A DNA stretch of 17,248 nucleotides from Gemmatimonadota bacterium (GTDB lineage: Bacteria > Gemmatimonadota > Gemmatimonadetes > Palauibacterales > KS3-K002): contig JBDHJS010000073.1 of NCBI GenBank assembly GCA_039586795.1, positions 1 to 17,248 on the forward strand. The letters run 5' to 3'. Position numbers and translations under genes: made by a program. Shown here piece after piece: positions 1-9,053 of this stretch; the stretch's first letter is position 1; each line of letters opens with the position of its first letter. The notes below the pieces were generated by a model. That model searched no databases and was not told where the DNA came from. It was given only the letters and a program-made list of their open reading frames with translations.

Positions 1-16
1 GGATAGGTTGGTGGGC

Positions 17-30
17 CGAACGAGCGTTCG
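17..30. promoter_or_regulatory. Palindromic TetR-type operator CGAACG-AG-CGTTCG (PaaR-like box)
   Basis: Perfect 6-2-6 inverted repeat, loosely extended by GGTGG (10-14) and CCACC (32-36), 46 bp upstream of the probable tetR ATG. It fits CNAACGNNCGTTNG, the consensus I recall for Thermus thermophilus PaaR. A possible -10 (CACAAT, 40-45) follows. Confidence 0.7.
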
Positions 31-76
31 ACCACCCGACACAATATCGCCTAACCACGCCACTTTTCCGGAGAAC

Positions 77-709
77 ATGGCGCCAAGCACCACCACGTCC
101 CACGACTACGAGGAAAAGCTCGGCCGACTCCTCGATGTTGCGGCTGAAATCTTTGCAGAGAAGGGCTACCATCACGCCTCGATCCGCGACCTGTCCAAGC
201 GGGCCGGCGTCAGCCTTTCCGGGCTCTACTATTACTTCTCCAGCAAAGAAGAATTGCTATTCATGATCCAGGACCGCTGCCTGCGCCGGGTTCTGGCCAA
301 CTTGCGCGAGCGGCTGGAGGGCGTGGACAATCCGGAGGAACGGCTGCGCGCCCTGGTGCACAACCATGTGGCGTTCTTCGCCGACAACATGGCAGCGATG
401 AGCGTGATCACGAACGAGTACGAGTCGTTGGAGGGCAAGTACCGCAAGAAGATCCGCGACCTGCGGCACGAGTACTCGGACCTGACCACCGAACTGTTGC
501 GCGACGTCCGGCGTTTCACAGGCGCGGGCGACGCGGTGCCACTCAACGTGGCCACCTCCGCCCTGTTCGGAATGATGAATTGGATCTACGCCTGGTATCC
601 GCCGGGCGGGAATGTCCCGGTGGACCGGCTGGCCGAACATCTTTATCGACTGTTCGTCGGCGGATTCAGTGGACGCCCCGGAAAGTCGCCGGGGCGCAAG
701 ACGCGTTAG
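77..709 (+). CDS. TetR/AcrR-family transcriptional repressor, PaaR/KstR2-like (probably acyl-CoA responsive)
   Basis: N-terminal TetR HTH (LLDVAAEIFAEKGYHHASIRDLSKRAGVSLSGLYYYFSSKEELL) and KstR2/PaaR-type C-terminal ALFGMMNWIYAWY. The ORF track starts at TTG 8, upstream of the operator, so that ORF would span it; the in-frame ATG 77 after GGAG is more likely. Confidence 0.92.
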   Translation: MAPSTTTSHDYEEKLGRLLDVAAEIFAEKGYHHASIRDLSKRAGVSLSGLYYYFSSKEELLFMIQDRCLRRVLANLRERLEGVDNPEERLRALVHNHVAFFADNMAAMSVITNEYESLEGKYRKKIRDLRHEYSDLTTELLRDVRRFTGAGDAVPLNVATSALFGMMNWIYAWYPPGGNVPVDRLAEHLYRLFVGGFSGRPGKSPGRKTR

Positions 710-758
710 CACACGACAGCAACAACGCACCCCAACCACACTTCTTGGAGGATTCGAC

Positions 759-1553
759 ATGCCGGAGAAGAACAACCTCGTGGGCTACTCGGTGCAGGAT
801 GGCATCGCGGTGATGGAATTGAACGACCCGCCCGCCAACACCTACACCCACGAGATGATGCGCGAGTTGGACGACCACATCATTACTGCTCGCTTCGATG
901 AGAGCGTGCACGTCATCGTGCTCCGCGGCAGCGGCGACAAATTCTTCTGCGCCGGCGCCGACATCAACATGCTCAAACAGTCCGACCCCTACTTCAAGTA
1001 CTACTTCTGCCTGCACGCCAACGAGACGCTCAACCGGCTCGAGCAGACGCCCAAGCTGGTCATTGCCGCGCTCAACGGCCACACCGTGGGCGGAGGCCTG
1101 GAGATCGCCATGGCCGCCGACCTGCGCATCGCCAAGAAGGGCGGCGGCAAGATCGGCCTGCCCGAGGTCGCCCTCGGCGTGCTCCCCGGCACCGGCGGAA
1201 CACAGCGCCTGGGACGCATGGTTGGAAAATCGAAGGCGATCGAGTTGATGGCCACGGGCGAGACCTTCGACTTCGAGAAAGGCCAGGAGCTGGGCCTGGT
1301 GAACCAGATCTTCGATGCCGACAACTTCTGGAACGATGTGATGGAATACGCCAAACAGTTCGTACCACCGAACAAGGCGTCGAAGGCCGTCGGCCGCATC
1401 AAGCGCGCCGTCTGCAGCGGCGTCGAGGTCCCGTTCGGCGAGGGCCTGGCGATCGAGCGCGAGATGCAGCAGCAGCTGTTCGAGTCGGCGGACGCCCGCG
1501 AGGGGCTGGCGGCGTATCTGGAGAAGCGGAAAGCGGAGTTTGCGGGGCAATAG
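759..1553 (+). CDS. Enoyl-CoA hydratase/isomerase (crotonase) family protein, single-domain BoxC-like (candidate ring-cleaving hydrolase), 264 aa
   Basis: Crotonase motifs FFCAGADI, GHTVGGGLE and GLPEVALGVLPGTGGTQRL, with both catalytic Glu. ATG 759 follows GGAGGA (747-752). The segment MLKQSDPYFKYYFCLHANETLN resembles the BoxC N-terminal domain as I recall it. Family is certain; the specific function is inferred. Confidence 0.9.
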   Translation: MPEKNNLVGYSVQDGIAVMELNDPPANTYTHEMMRELDDHIITARFDESVHVIVLRGSGDKFFCAGADINMLKQSDPYFKYYFCLHANETLNRLEQTPKLVIAALNGHTVGGGLEIAMAADLRIAKKGGGKIGLPEVALGVLPGTGGTQRLGRMVGKSKAIELMATGETFDFEKGQELGLVNQIFDADNFWNDVMEYAKQFVPPNKASKAVGRIKRAVCSGVEVPFGEGLAIEREMQQQLFESADAREGLAAYLEKRKAEFAGQ

Positions 1554-1555
1554 TA

Positions 1556-1651
1556 GGTGGACGGTGGACGGTAGACGGTGGACGGTGAGCGATTAGCGAT
1601 GCGATTCGGCGTTTGACGTTACCGTCTACTGTCTACCGTCTACCGTCTACC
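1556..1651 (+). repeat. Heptamer tandem repeats in inverted arrangement, (GGTRGAC)x4 ... (GTCTACY)x4, forming a 33-bp RNA stem-loop
   Basis: 1556-1588 pairs with 1619-1651 using only Watson-Crick and 5 G-U pairs, with a 30-nt loop. It lies between the crotonase stop codon and the ALDH RBS. Confidence 0.9.
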
Positions 1652-1668
1652 ACTTACCAGGACTAGCA

Positions 1669-3108
1669 ATGGCTCAGGAACTACGCACCAAGTTATTCAT
1701 CGGCAACGAATTCACCGACGCCGCCAACACCTTCCCGGTCGAGAACCCGGCCGAAGCGACGGAATTGGCACAGGTCGCCGAGGCCCGCGAAGCCGAAATA
1801 GACCGCGCTGTCGCTTCCTCGCGGGCGGCGTTCGAGTCGGACGAATGGCAGAAGATGTCGGCGCGGGATCGCGGTCGCCTGCTCTTCCGGTTGGCCGATC
1901 TGGTTGAGGAGCACGCTGACGAGTTGGCGCGGATCGAGACGCTGCAGAACGGGAAGCCTTATTTCGAGTCGCGGCGCATCGATATGCCGGATGTGGTGAA
2001 CATTCTGCGCTACTACGCGGGGTGGGCGGACAAGATCCACGGGGAGACGATCCCGGTGGACGGGGCGATGCTGAATTACACGCGTCGCGAGCCTGTGGGC
2101 GTAGTGGGAGCTATCGTTCCGTGGAACTTCCCGCTCGTGCTGGCGGCCTGGAAGTTGGGGCCGGCGCTGGCGTGCGGTAACACGGTGGTGCTCAAGCCGG
2201 CGGAAGAGACGCCGCTGACGGCGCTCCGACTGGGCGAGCTGGCGGCCGAAGCGGGTTTCCCGGCGGGCGTGCTCAACGTGGTGCCCGGCTTTGGCGCTAC
2301 GGCGGGTGCGGCGCTGGTTCGCCATCCCGACGTGGACAAGATCGCCTTCACCGGTTCCACCGAGGTCGGCAAAGAGATCATGCGCTCGGCGGCGGACACG
2401 CTGAAGTCGGTCTCCCTCGAGCTGGGCGGCAAGTCCCCCAACATCGTGTTCGCCGATGCGGACCTGAAGGCGGCGGTGCGGGGCGTCTCCACCGGGATCT
2501 TCTACGGCAAAGGCGAGGTCTGCGCGGCGGGTTCGCGGCTGTTCGTGGAGGCGAGCATCCACGACCAGTTCATCGAGCAGATCGTCGATCGGGCGAACAA
2601 GATGACGCCTGGCGATCCGTTCGATAAGAACACCCGGCTGGGCGCCCTAGTCTCGGAGCGGCAGATGGAGCGCGTGCTCGGCTATATCGAGAGCGGGCGC
2701 CAGGACGGAGCCCAACTGCTGGCGGGCGGCGAACGATTGGATCGGCCCGGCTACTTCGTCGGCGCCACCGTGTTCGACGGCGTGAAATCGGAGATGAAGA
2801 TCGCGCAGGAAGAGATCTTTGGCCCGGTGCTCGCTACGCTCACGTTCGACGACCCCGAGGAAGCGATCGCCCTGGGCAACGAGACGATCTACGGGTTGGC
2901 CGCCGGCGTGTGGACGCAGGATGTCAAGAAGGCGCACCGCGTCGCCCACGGCCTGCGTGCCGGGACTGTGTGGGTGAACACGTACAACCGCTACGACCCG
3001 GCGGCGCCGTTCGGCGGCTATAAGCAGAGCGGCTTCGGGCGTGATCTGGGGATGCACGCGCTGGAGAACTACACCCAGATCAAGAACATCTGGATCGACC
3101 TGAGCTGA
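1669..3108 (+). CDS. NAD(P)-dependent aldehyde dehydrogenase (candidate acyl-CoA semialdehyde dehydrogenase, BoxD/PaaZ-ALDH-like role)
   Basis: Motifs [30 protein letters not shown] (catalytic Glu), GEVCAAGSR (catalytic Cys), EEIFGP and [14 protein letters not shown] overlap with the next gene. Substrate inferred from context. Confidence 0.95.
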   Translation: MAQELRTKLFIGNEFTDAANTFPVENPAEATELAQVAEAREAEIDRAVASSRAAFESDEWQKMSARDRGRLLFRLADLVEEHADELARIETLQNGKPYFESRRIDMPDVVNILRYYAGWADKIHGETIPVDGAMLNYTRREPVGVVGAIVPWNFPLVLAAWKLGPALACGNTVVLKPAEETPLTALRLGELAAEAGFPAGVLNVVPGFGATAGAALVRHPDVDKIAFTGSTEVGKEIMRSAADTLKSVSLELGGKSPNIVFADADLKAAVRGVSTGIFYGKGEVCAAGSRLFVEASIHDQFIEQIVDRANKMTPGDPFDKNTRLGALVSERQMERVLGYIESGRQDGAQLLAGGERLDRPGYFVGATVFDGVKSEMKIAQEEIFGPVLATLTFDDPEEAIALGNETIYGLAAGVWTQDVKKAHRVAHGLRAGTVWVNTYNRYDPAAPFGGYKQSGFGRDLGMHALENYTQIKNIWIDLS

Positions 3109-4325
3109 TGCCCCGCCCTCCCGGACCCCGCGACGCGTTGATTATCGACGCCGTCCGCACCCCTGTCGGGCGACACGGCGGCGCCCTCGCCGCGGTACGC
3201 CCCGACGATCTGCTGGCCCGCGCCATCAAGGCACTGATCGAGCGCACCCAAGTTCCCGTCGACCAGGTCGAGGACGTGGTGATGGGGTGCACCAACCAGG
3301 CCGGCGAAGACAATCGCAACGTGGCGCGAATGTCTTCCCTGCTCGCGGGTATACCTATTGAAGCGGCAGGTCAGACGGTGAACCGGCTGTGCGGTTCCGG
3401 GCTGCAGGCGATCGTCAGCGCCGGACACGCCATCGCCGCCGGCGAAGGCGACATCTTCGTCGCCGGCGGCGTCGAGAGCATGTCCCGGGCGCCGTTTGTC
3501 ATGCTGAAGCCGGAGCGCGGCTACTCACGAGGCCGGCCGCAGCTCGAGGACAGCGTGTTGGGTTGGCGGTTCGTGAACCCGCGGATGCCCGACGAGTGGA
3601 CGATCGGCCTGGGTGCCACGGCGGAAAAGGTGGCCGAGCAGTACGGAATCTCGCGGGAAGACCAGGACGTAGTTGGGATAGAGAGCCAGCAACGCGCGGC
3701 GGACGCGATCAAGGCCGGGCGATTCAAGGACGAGATCGTTCCCGTGGAGATCCCGCAGCGCAAAGGTCCACCGCTCTCTGTCGAGACCGATGAGCATCCG
3801 CGGCCGGACGCCACCGCGGAGTCACTAGCGGGCCTGAAACCCGCGTTCAAAGATGGCGGCACCGTCACGGCGGGTAACTCATCGGGTCTGAATGACGGAG
3901 CGGCCGCACTGCTGATTGTGAGCCGCGAGCGAGCGGACGAGTTGGGTCTCTCGGGGATGGCGCGCGTCGTCGGTTCCGCCGTCGCCGGTGTAGATCCGAG
4001 TTGCATGGGGATCGGTCCGATCCCGGCGACTCGGAAAGTCCTCGAGCGTACGGGTCTGGAGATCGGCGACATCGACCTGGTCGAACTCAACGAAGCGTTC
4101 GCCGCTCAAGCTGTTGCATGCATTCGTGAGCTGGGGCTCAACTGGGAGAGAACGAATGTGAACGGCGGGGCGATCGCCCTGGGCCATCCGCTGGGCTGCA
4201 CAGGCGCTCGGTTGATGACGACGCTGGTCCACGAGATGAAGCGCCGGGAATCGCGCTACGGGCTCTGCACGATGTGCATCGGAGTCGGCCAGGGGATCGC
4301 GACGGTGGTCGAGCGGGAGGGATAA
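3108..4325 (+). CDS. paaJ: Acetyl-CoA C-acyltransferase, 3-oxoadipyl-CoA thiolase type (PaaJ/PcaF)
   Basis: [16 protein letters not shown] is characteristic of PcaF/PaaJ. Catalytic motifs NRLCGSG, NEAF, GHPLG and CIGVGQG are present. Translationally coupled to the ALDH. Confidence 0.9.
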   Translation: MPRPPGPRDALIIDAVRTPVGRHGGALAAVRPDDLLARAIKALIERTQVPVDQVEDVVMGCTNQAGEDNRNVARMSSLLAGIPIEAAGQTVNRLCGSGLQAIVSAGHAIAAGEGDIFVAGGVESMSRAPFVMLKPERGYSRGRPQLEDSVLGWRFVNPRMPDEWTIGLGATAEKVAEQYGISREDQDVVGIESQQRAADAIKAGRFKDEIVPVEIPQRKGPPLSVETDEHPRPDATAESLAGLKPAFKDGGTVTAGNSSGLNDGAAALLIVSRERADELGLSGMARVVGSAVAGVDPSCMGIGPIPATRKVLERTGLEIGDIDLVELNEAFAAQAVACIRELGLNWERTNVNGGAIALGHPLGCTGARLMTTLVHEMKRRESRYGLCTMCIGVGQGIATVVEREG

Positions 4326-4339
4326 GTGCCCCGGAGTCG

Positions 4340-4403
4340 ATCATCTAGCTATCATGTAGGCTATCATGTGAATCATGTAACCTATCATTTAGCAATCATT
4401 TAG
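4340..4403. repeat. AT-rich array of six degenerate direct repeats ATCATNTRR (mostly ATCATNTAG), ~11-bp period
   Basis: ATCAT starts at 4340, 4351, 4363, 4372, 4384 and 4395 (spacings 11,12,9,12,11). About 33% GC by hand count, in GC-rich surroundings. Ends 14 bp before ATG 4418. Confidence 0.85.
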
Positions 4404-4417
4404 GGTGTTGAGCATAC

Positions 4418-6684
4418 ATGGCCATATCATTCGGCAGCGAGCTGTTTCGTAGGAGGGTGCCGCAGTTCCTCGGGGTCTACCTGGCCGCGGGCTGGGCGGC
4501 GCTCGAGTTCACCGATTTTCTGGTGAATCGGTTTGTCCTCTCTGCTAATCTGACGGACCTCGCCCTTTTGGCCTGGGCCGTGATGATTCCGACTGTCCTG
4601 CTGCTTGCCTGGGTCCACGGGGCGCCGGGTCGCGATGAGTGGACGACTGCCGAGAAGATTGGCATACCGATCAACGTGGCCGTCGCGGCGCTACTCATGT
4701 TTGTCCTGTTCCAGGGCAAAGACTTGGGAGCGGCAACGACGGCGATCAAGGTGGAGACCGAAGAGGGCGAGACCGTCGAGCGTGTCATCCCGAAGAGCGA
4801 GTTCCGAAAACGCCTTGCTCTCTTCTTCTTTGACAACGAATCAGCGGACACAGCGCTGGATTGGCTGCAGTACGGAATCCCCTGGGGACTGGGCGATGAC
4901 CTGACGCAGGATCTCTTCCTCGACGTCCAGTTACCGAACCCGGTGGTCGGCGAGTTGAGCGGCATGACGACGCGCCTCAGGGAGGCGGGATATGAAGACG
5001 GTCTCAATGTGCCGTTGTCCCTCAAGCGTGGTATCCCGCCGACGGTCAGATCGCGGTCACCACGCAACTCTACGATACATCACGCGGGAAGGTGATCGAG
5101 GAGCGGACCTTCACCGGCGACGATCCGTTCTCGCTGATCGACCAAATCTCGACCCAGCTTCGACTCGACCTGGAGATCCCGTCGCAGCACGTCGAGGATA
5201 CTCGTGACTTGCCGATATCCGAGCTTCACACACAATCGCTGACGGCCTTCCGTGCTCTGGTCGATGCGTTGCTCGCTATGACCAGGAACGACTGGTCGGG
5301 CGCCGCCGCGAAGTTGGAGAACGCGGTGGCCGAGGACCCGAGCTACGCCGGCGCACACATGGTCCGCTTCGTGGCCTACTTGTTCCTGAACGACTCAGAA
5401 ACGGCGATGCAAGCTCTGGAAGCCGGTCTCGAGCACGACTACAAGCTGTCGGAACGTGGGCAGTTCGCGGCCAAGGTCGCCTATTACAGGCTGGCTAGAC
5501 AGGACATGGAGAAGGCGCAGGCCGTCGTGGGAATGTGGTCGGAGCTTTATCCGGATGACCTGGCGGCCCACTCGGTTCGCGCCCAGCTCTACGCACAGGC
5601 CGGCGAACTGGAGCGAGCGATCGAGTCGTACGAGCGAATTCTCGAGCTCGATCCGGGTCAATTCGATGCCCTGCGTGTCATCGGCGAAGCCTACACCCAA
5701 CTGGGCCAATACGAAGCGGCCGAGAGCTACTACCAGCAATACGCCGAGCGATTCCCAGACGACGCCAGGTCCTTCACGCCTCTGGGCGATCTCGCCCGCT
5801 TGAAGGGTGACCATGCGGAGGCCAAGCAACATTTCGAGAGGGCGCAGCTGCTCGAGTCTGGCGATGTGGCCGTGATTTCCGACCTGGCGTGGGCGGAGTA
5901 CAACCTCGGCGACTTCGAGCGCGCACTCGACTACATGGAGGAAGGACTCGCGACGAGCACGACGGCATCACAAAGAGCGCAGGCCTACGAGGCCTTGCTC
6001 ACGTACTACCAGGCGCGCGGCCAATCGCGGCGGGCCATCGAGTACATGCACAGCTACTGGGAAGAGATTTCAGCGAGTCAAGCGCCGGCGCAGGCACTGG
6101 TCACGAAGTTCGGGAACCTCTCGACCTATGTCGATGCGGGGATGACCCGGGCGGCGATAGACACGTTGCAGGCGGTCAAAGCTCAACTCAGTCCCCCGTT
6201 CGACCTCTTGTCCGCGATAGGTGAGCTGAGTGTGGCCATGGCGCTCAACGATGCGGATCGGATCGAGGCCGCATTGGAGAGCGCGGAGCAAATGATCGCC
6301 GGGCTTGGATTCGAGTTCTTCCGGTTCGCCCAGATCCGCGGAAGTGGTCGTTTGCTGGAATTGCAGGGCGACTACCAGCAAGCGATCGTTAGCTACGAAC
6401 GCGCGCTATCGCTCCAGCCTACCTCGACGCACATCAACAACGATATCGGCCGTTGTCAGAGGCTGCTGGGGGATTTGGAGGCGGCGGAGGCGAGCCTCAT
6501 GCGGCGACTAAAGGTCAGACCGTACAGCGGGCTAACCAACCTCGAGCTCGCGAAGGTCTACATCGACATGGGTGATCGGGATAGGGCGATAGAGCACCTG
6601 GAAACTGCGTTGCGGGTCTGGGAGAACGCCGACGCCGGATACGAACGAGCCAACGAAGCCCGCCAGCTGTTGAACGGACTCTAG
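4418..6684 (+). pseudogene. Membrane-anchored TolB-N-like/TPR protein, paralog 1, split by a frameshift into ORFs 4418..5095 and 5092..6684
   Basis: Similarity to paralogs 2 and 3 runs in one frame to LKR (ends 5029) and resumes in another frame at ADGQIAVTTQLYDTSRGKVIEER (from ~5038). Only 17 nt separate LKR from QI, against 63 nt in the paralogs: a net loss of 46 nt. Confidence 0.8.
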
Positions 6685-6690
6685 TTTCCG

Positions 6691-8994
6691 ATGTCCACGA
6701 GCATCGTAAAGGACCTCTTCCGGCGCCGCGTCCCCCACATCATGGGGGCGTACTTCGCCGGCGGTTGGATCGTGCTGGAGTTCACCGACTGGCTGGTCAA
6801 CCGCTACCTGCTTTCGCCGCACCTCACCGACTTCGCCATACTCGCCTGGGCATTGATGCTTCCGACGGTCGCTATGCTGGCCTATTACCATGGCGCGCCG
6901 GGGCCGGACAACTGGACGAGGCTCGAGAAGATCGGGATACCGCTGAACGGAGTCATCGCAGCGATCGCGCTCATCGCTACCTTCGCGGGGCGAGATCTGG
7001 GCGCGGCCACTGAGCTGGTGACGCTAGAGGACGACGCTGGTGAGACCATCGAGCGGACCGTACCGAAGGCAGAATTCAAGAAGAGCCTCGCCTCCTATTT
7101 CTTCGACAACGTTTCCGGTGATACGACACTTGATTGGCTGCAGGCGGGCATTTCGTTTGCCCTGGAACTGGATCTGGAACAAGATCTATTTCTCGTCGTG
7201 ACCGATTCCGATGCCCTGCTCAGGCCACTCCGGGAGCGAGGAAGCCCGGACGGCTTGAACGTGTCTGTCGCTCTGAAGCGAGATCTCGCCAGTGACCAGC
7301 ACCTGAGGTACTTCATCACGGGAACGGTCTCCGGAACGGCCGACCAGATATCCGCTACGATCAACCTCTACGAGACCGAGCGCGGCAGGCGTATATCAGA
7401 GCGAGAGTACGCCGGCACCGATGTCTTCGAGATGGTCGACCGGATGAGCGTCCAGCTACGACAGGATCTGGGGATCCCCAGCCAACACATTGAGGAGACG
7501 AGGGATTTACCCGTCTCCGAGATGTTCACCACATCGACGGCGGCGGCCAGGTCCTACGTAGACGCGGTTCGGGCCATGTATGTCCTGAATGATTACGAAG
7601 CCGCAGCCGGGCATCTGGAAAGGGCCGTGACCGAGGACCCCGAGTTTGCCCTCGCCTACCTGACGCAGTTCGGAGTCAACATCAATCTCAACAAGCCGCA
7701 GGTTGCCCAACAGGCACTGCAAAACGGGATGCGACTGCTCTACAAGTTGCCGGAGCGCACGCAGCTCGTAGCCAAGTCCACCTACTACTGGCTGGTCCGA
7801 CAGGACCTGGACAGAGCGTTGGCCGCGGCAACGATGTACTCGGAGTTGTACCCGCACGATATCGAAGCGCACGAAACCGTCGCGACGTTTTACGCCATGA
7901 AGGATGATGACGCCCGGGCGCTCCGCGCGATGAGGAGAGTTTTAGATCTCGATCCGACGCGGATCGACATCGTTCGCTCCATCGGGTTGCTCTATAGATC
8001 GGATGGGCAGTTCGATTCGGCGGCCACGTACCTTGAGCTCTACGCGGAATCGTCGCCGACCGACCCAACAGCGTTTGTGACGCAAGGTGACCTGTATCTG
8101 CTGCTCGGCGACCACGACGCGGCGCGCCGGGCCTATGAAAAGGCTCTTATCGTCGATATGGCAAACGTTCCGGCACTGACGAGCAATGCGAGACTGGATC
8201 GAGACCTGGGCCGCTTTGAAGAAGCACTCGACGGGTACAACGAGGCCCTCACACTCGCCGCGACACCGCCGCAAAGAGCTCAGGCTTATGACAACTTGCG
8301 CGAATACTACCTCTACCGCGGCCAGCCGACGAGATCTATAGAGTTCCTACATCGATTCTGGGCCGAAATGGAGCAGTACGAGAGCCCATTCTCGATGCTG
8401 CAAGAGAAGCTGCAGGATCTGGACACCTACGTACTGGCCGGGCAGGTGTCGACCGCCAAGGACTCGCTTTCAGCTTTGGCCGAACGCTTATCCGCACCGT
8501 TTGATGTATTGGTGGCGCTTGGATACATGAGCGTCTACATGAACGTCGAAGACGCCGATTCCATAGAGGCGGCAATCCCTGGAATCGATCGCTTCGTCGA
8601 TGCCTTTGGGCAGGAGGAGGCACGGTTTCTTTCTGTTTACGCCCAGGGCCGGGTGCTGGAACTCAGAGGCGACTGCACCGAGGCGCTGCGCAGCTACGAG
8701 AGGGCCCTACAACTACAGCCGACACAGTTCGATCTGCACCACGATATGGGGCGTTGCAGGAGAGCGTTGGGGGATCTGGACGCGGCGAGGTCGCAGCTAC
8801 AGCGTGTGATCGCGATCCGGCCCAGCGATCCCGAGTCCAACTACCAGCTGGCTCTAGTCTATGACGAGATGGGAGATCCCGACCAGGCACTGGTTCATCT
8901 CCGCGTGGCGCTCGCCACCTGGGCTTACGCGGAACCACAGTACAGGCCTGCTCGAGATGCGCGGGAACTGCTGGCCCGACTCAGCGGTAATTGA
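6691..8994 (+). CDS. Membrane-anchored TolB-N-like/tetratricopeptide-repeat protein, paralog 2 (767 aa)
   Basis: N-terminal DLFRRRV plus three hydrophobic helices, then a TolB-N/FlgO-like segment (SLASYFFDNVSGDTTLDWLQAGI), many TPR units (e.g. GDLYLLLGDHDAARRAYEKAL) and a C-terminal W..AEP..AR..L..L helix. Confidence 0.9.
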   Translation: MSTSIVKDLFRRRVPHIMGAYFAGGWIVLEFTDWLVNRYLLSPHLTDFAILAWALMLPTVAMLAYYHGAPGPDNWTRLEKIGIPLNGVIAAIALIATFAGRDLGAATELVTLEDDAGETIERTVPKAEFKKSLASYFFDNVSGDTTLDWLQAGISFALELDLEQDLFLVVTDSDALLRPLRERGSPDGLNVSVALKRDLASDQHLRYFITGTVSGTADQISATINLYETERGRRISEREYAGTDVFEMVDRMSVQLRQDLGIPSQHIEETRDLPVSEMFTTSTAAARSYVDAVRAMYVLNDYEAAAGHLERAVTEDPEFALAYLTQFGVNINLNKPQVAQQALQNGMRLLYKLPERTQLVAKSTYYWLVRQDLDRALAAATMYSELYPHDIEAHETVATFYAMKDDDARALRAMRRVLDLDPTRIDIVRSIGLLYRSDGQFDSAATYLELYAESSPTDPTAFVTQGDLYLLLGDHDAARRAYEKALIVDMANVPALTSNARLDRDLGRFEEALDGYNEALTLAATPPQRAQAYDNLREYYLYRGQPTRSIEFLHRFWAEMEQYESPFSMLQEKLQDLDTYVLAGQVSTAKDSLSALAERLSAPFDVLVALGYMSVYMNVEDADSIEAAIPGIDRFVDAFGQEEARFLSVYAQGRVLELRGDCTEALRSYERALQLQPTQFDLHHDMGRCRRALGDLDAARSQLQRVIAIRPSDPESNYQLALVYDEMGDPDQALVHLRVALATWAYAEPQYRPARDARELLARLSGN

Positions 8995-9053
8995 CTGATC
9001 GATAGCCTCTTGACGCAGTCTTTTGGCACCGCCTGGCGTACCGGAGGAGCGTG

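Noticed and set aside
612..758. N-terminal extensions in the ORF track for the crotonases (from 612 and from 13946) and TetR (from 8)
   Set aside because: They overlap upstream genes or the operator; downstream ATGs (759, 14021, 77) have RBS-like motifs and give family-typical lengths.
666..2562. Antisense ORFs 666..1550 and 1693..2562, and similar ones opposite the other enzymes
   Set aside because: Codon-aligned antisense frames of well-supported genes, expected at high GC3.
4340..4403. ATCAT array considered as a CRISPR array or replication origin
   Set aside because: Units are ~9 bp with 0-3 bp gaps, there are no unique spacers, and no cas or rep gene is nearby.
5021..5095. Programmed ribosomal frameshift or phase-variable tract in paralog 1
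   Set aside because: No slippery heptamer or homopolymer at the junction, and about 15 codons are missing, which indicates a deletion.
9010..9040. TTGACG and TGGCAC motifs upstream of paralog 3 as sigma70 or sigma54 promoters
   Set aside because: No credible -10 at 16-18 bp from TTGACG, and the GG-to-GC spacing is one base short of the sigma54 -24/-12 rule.
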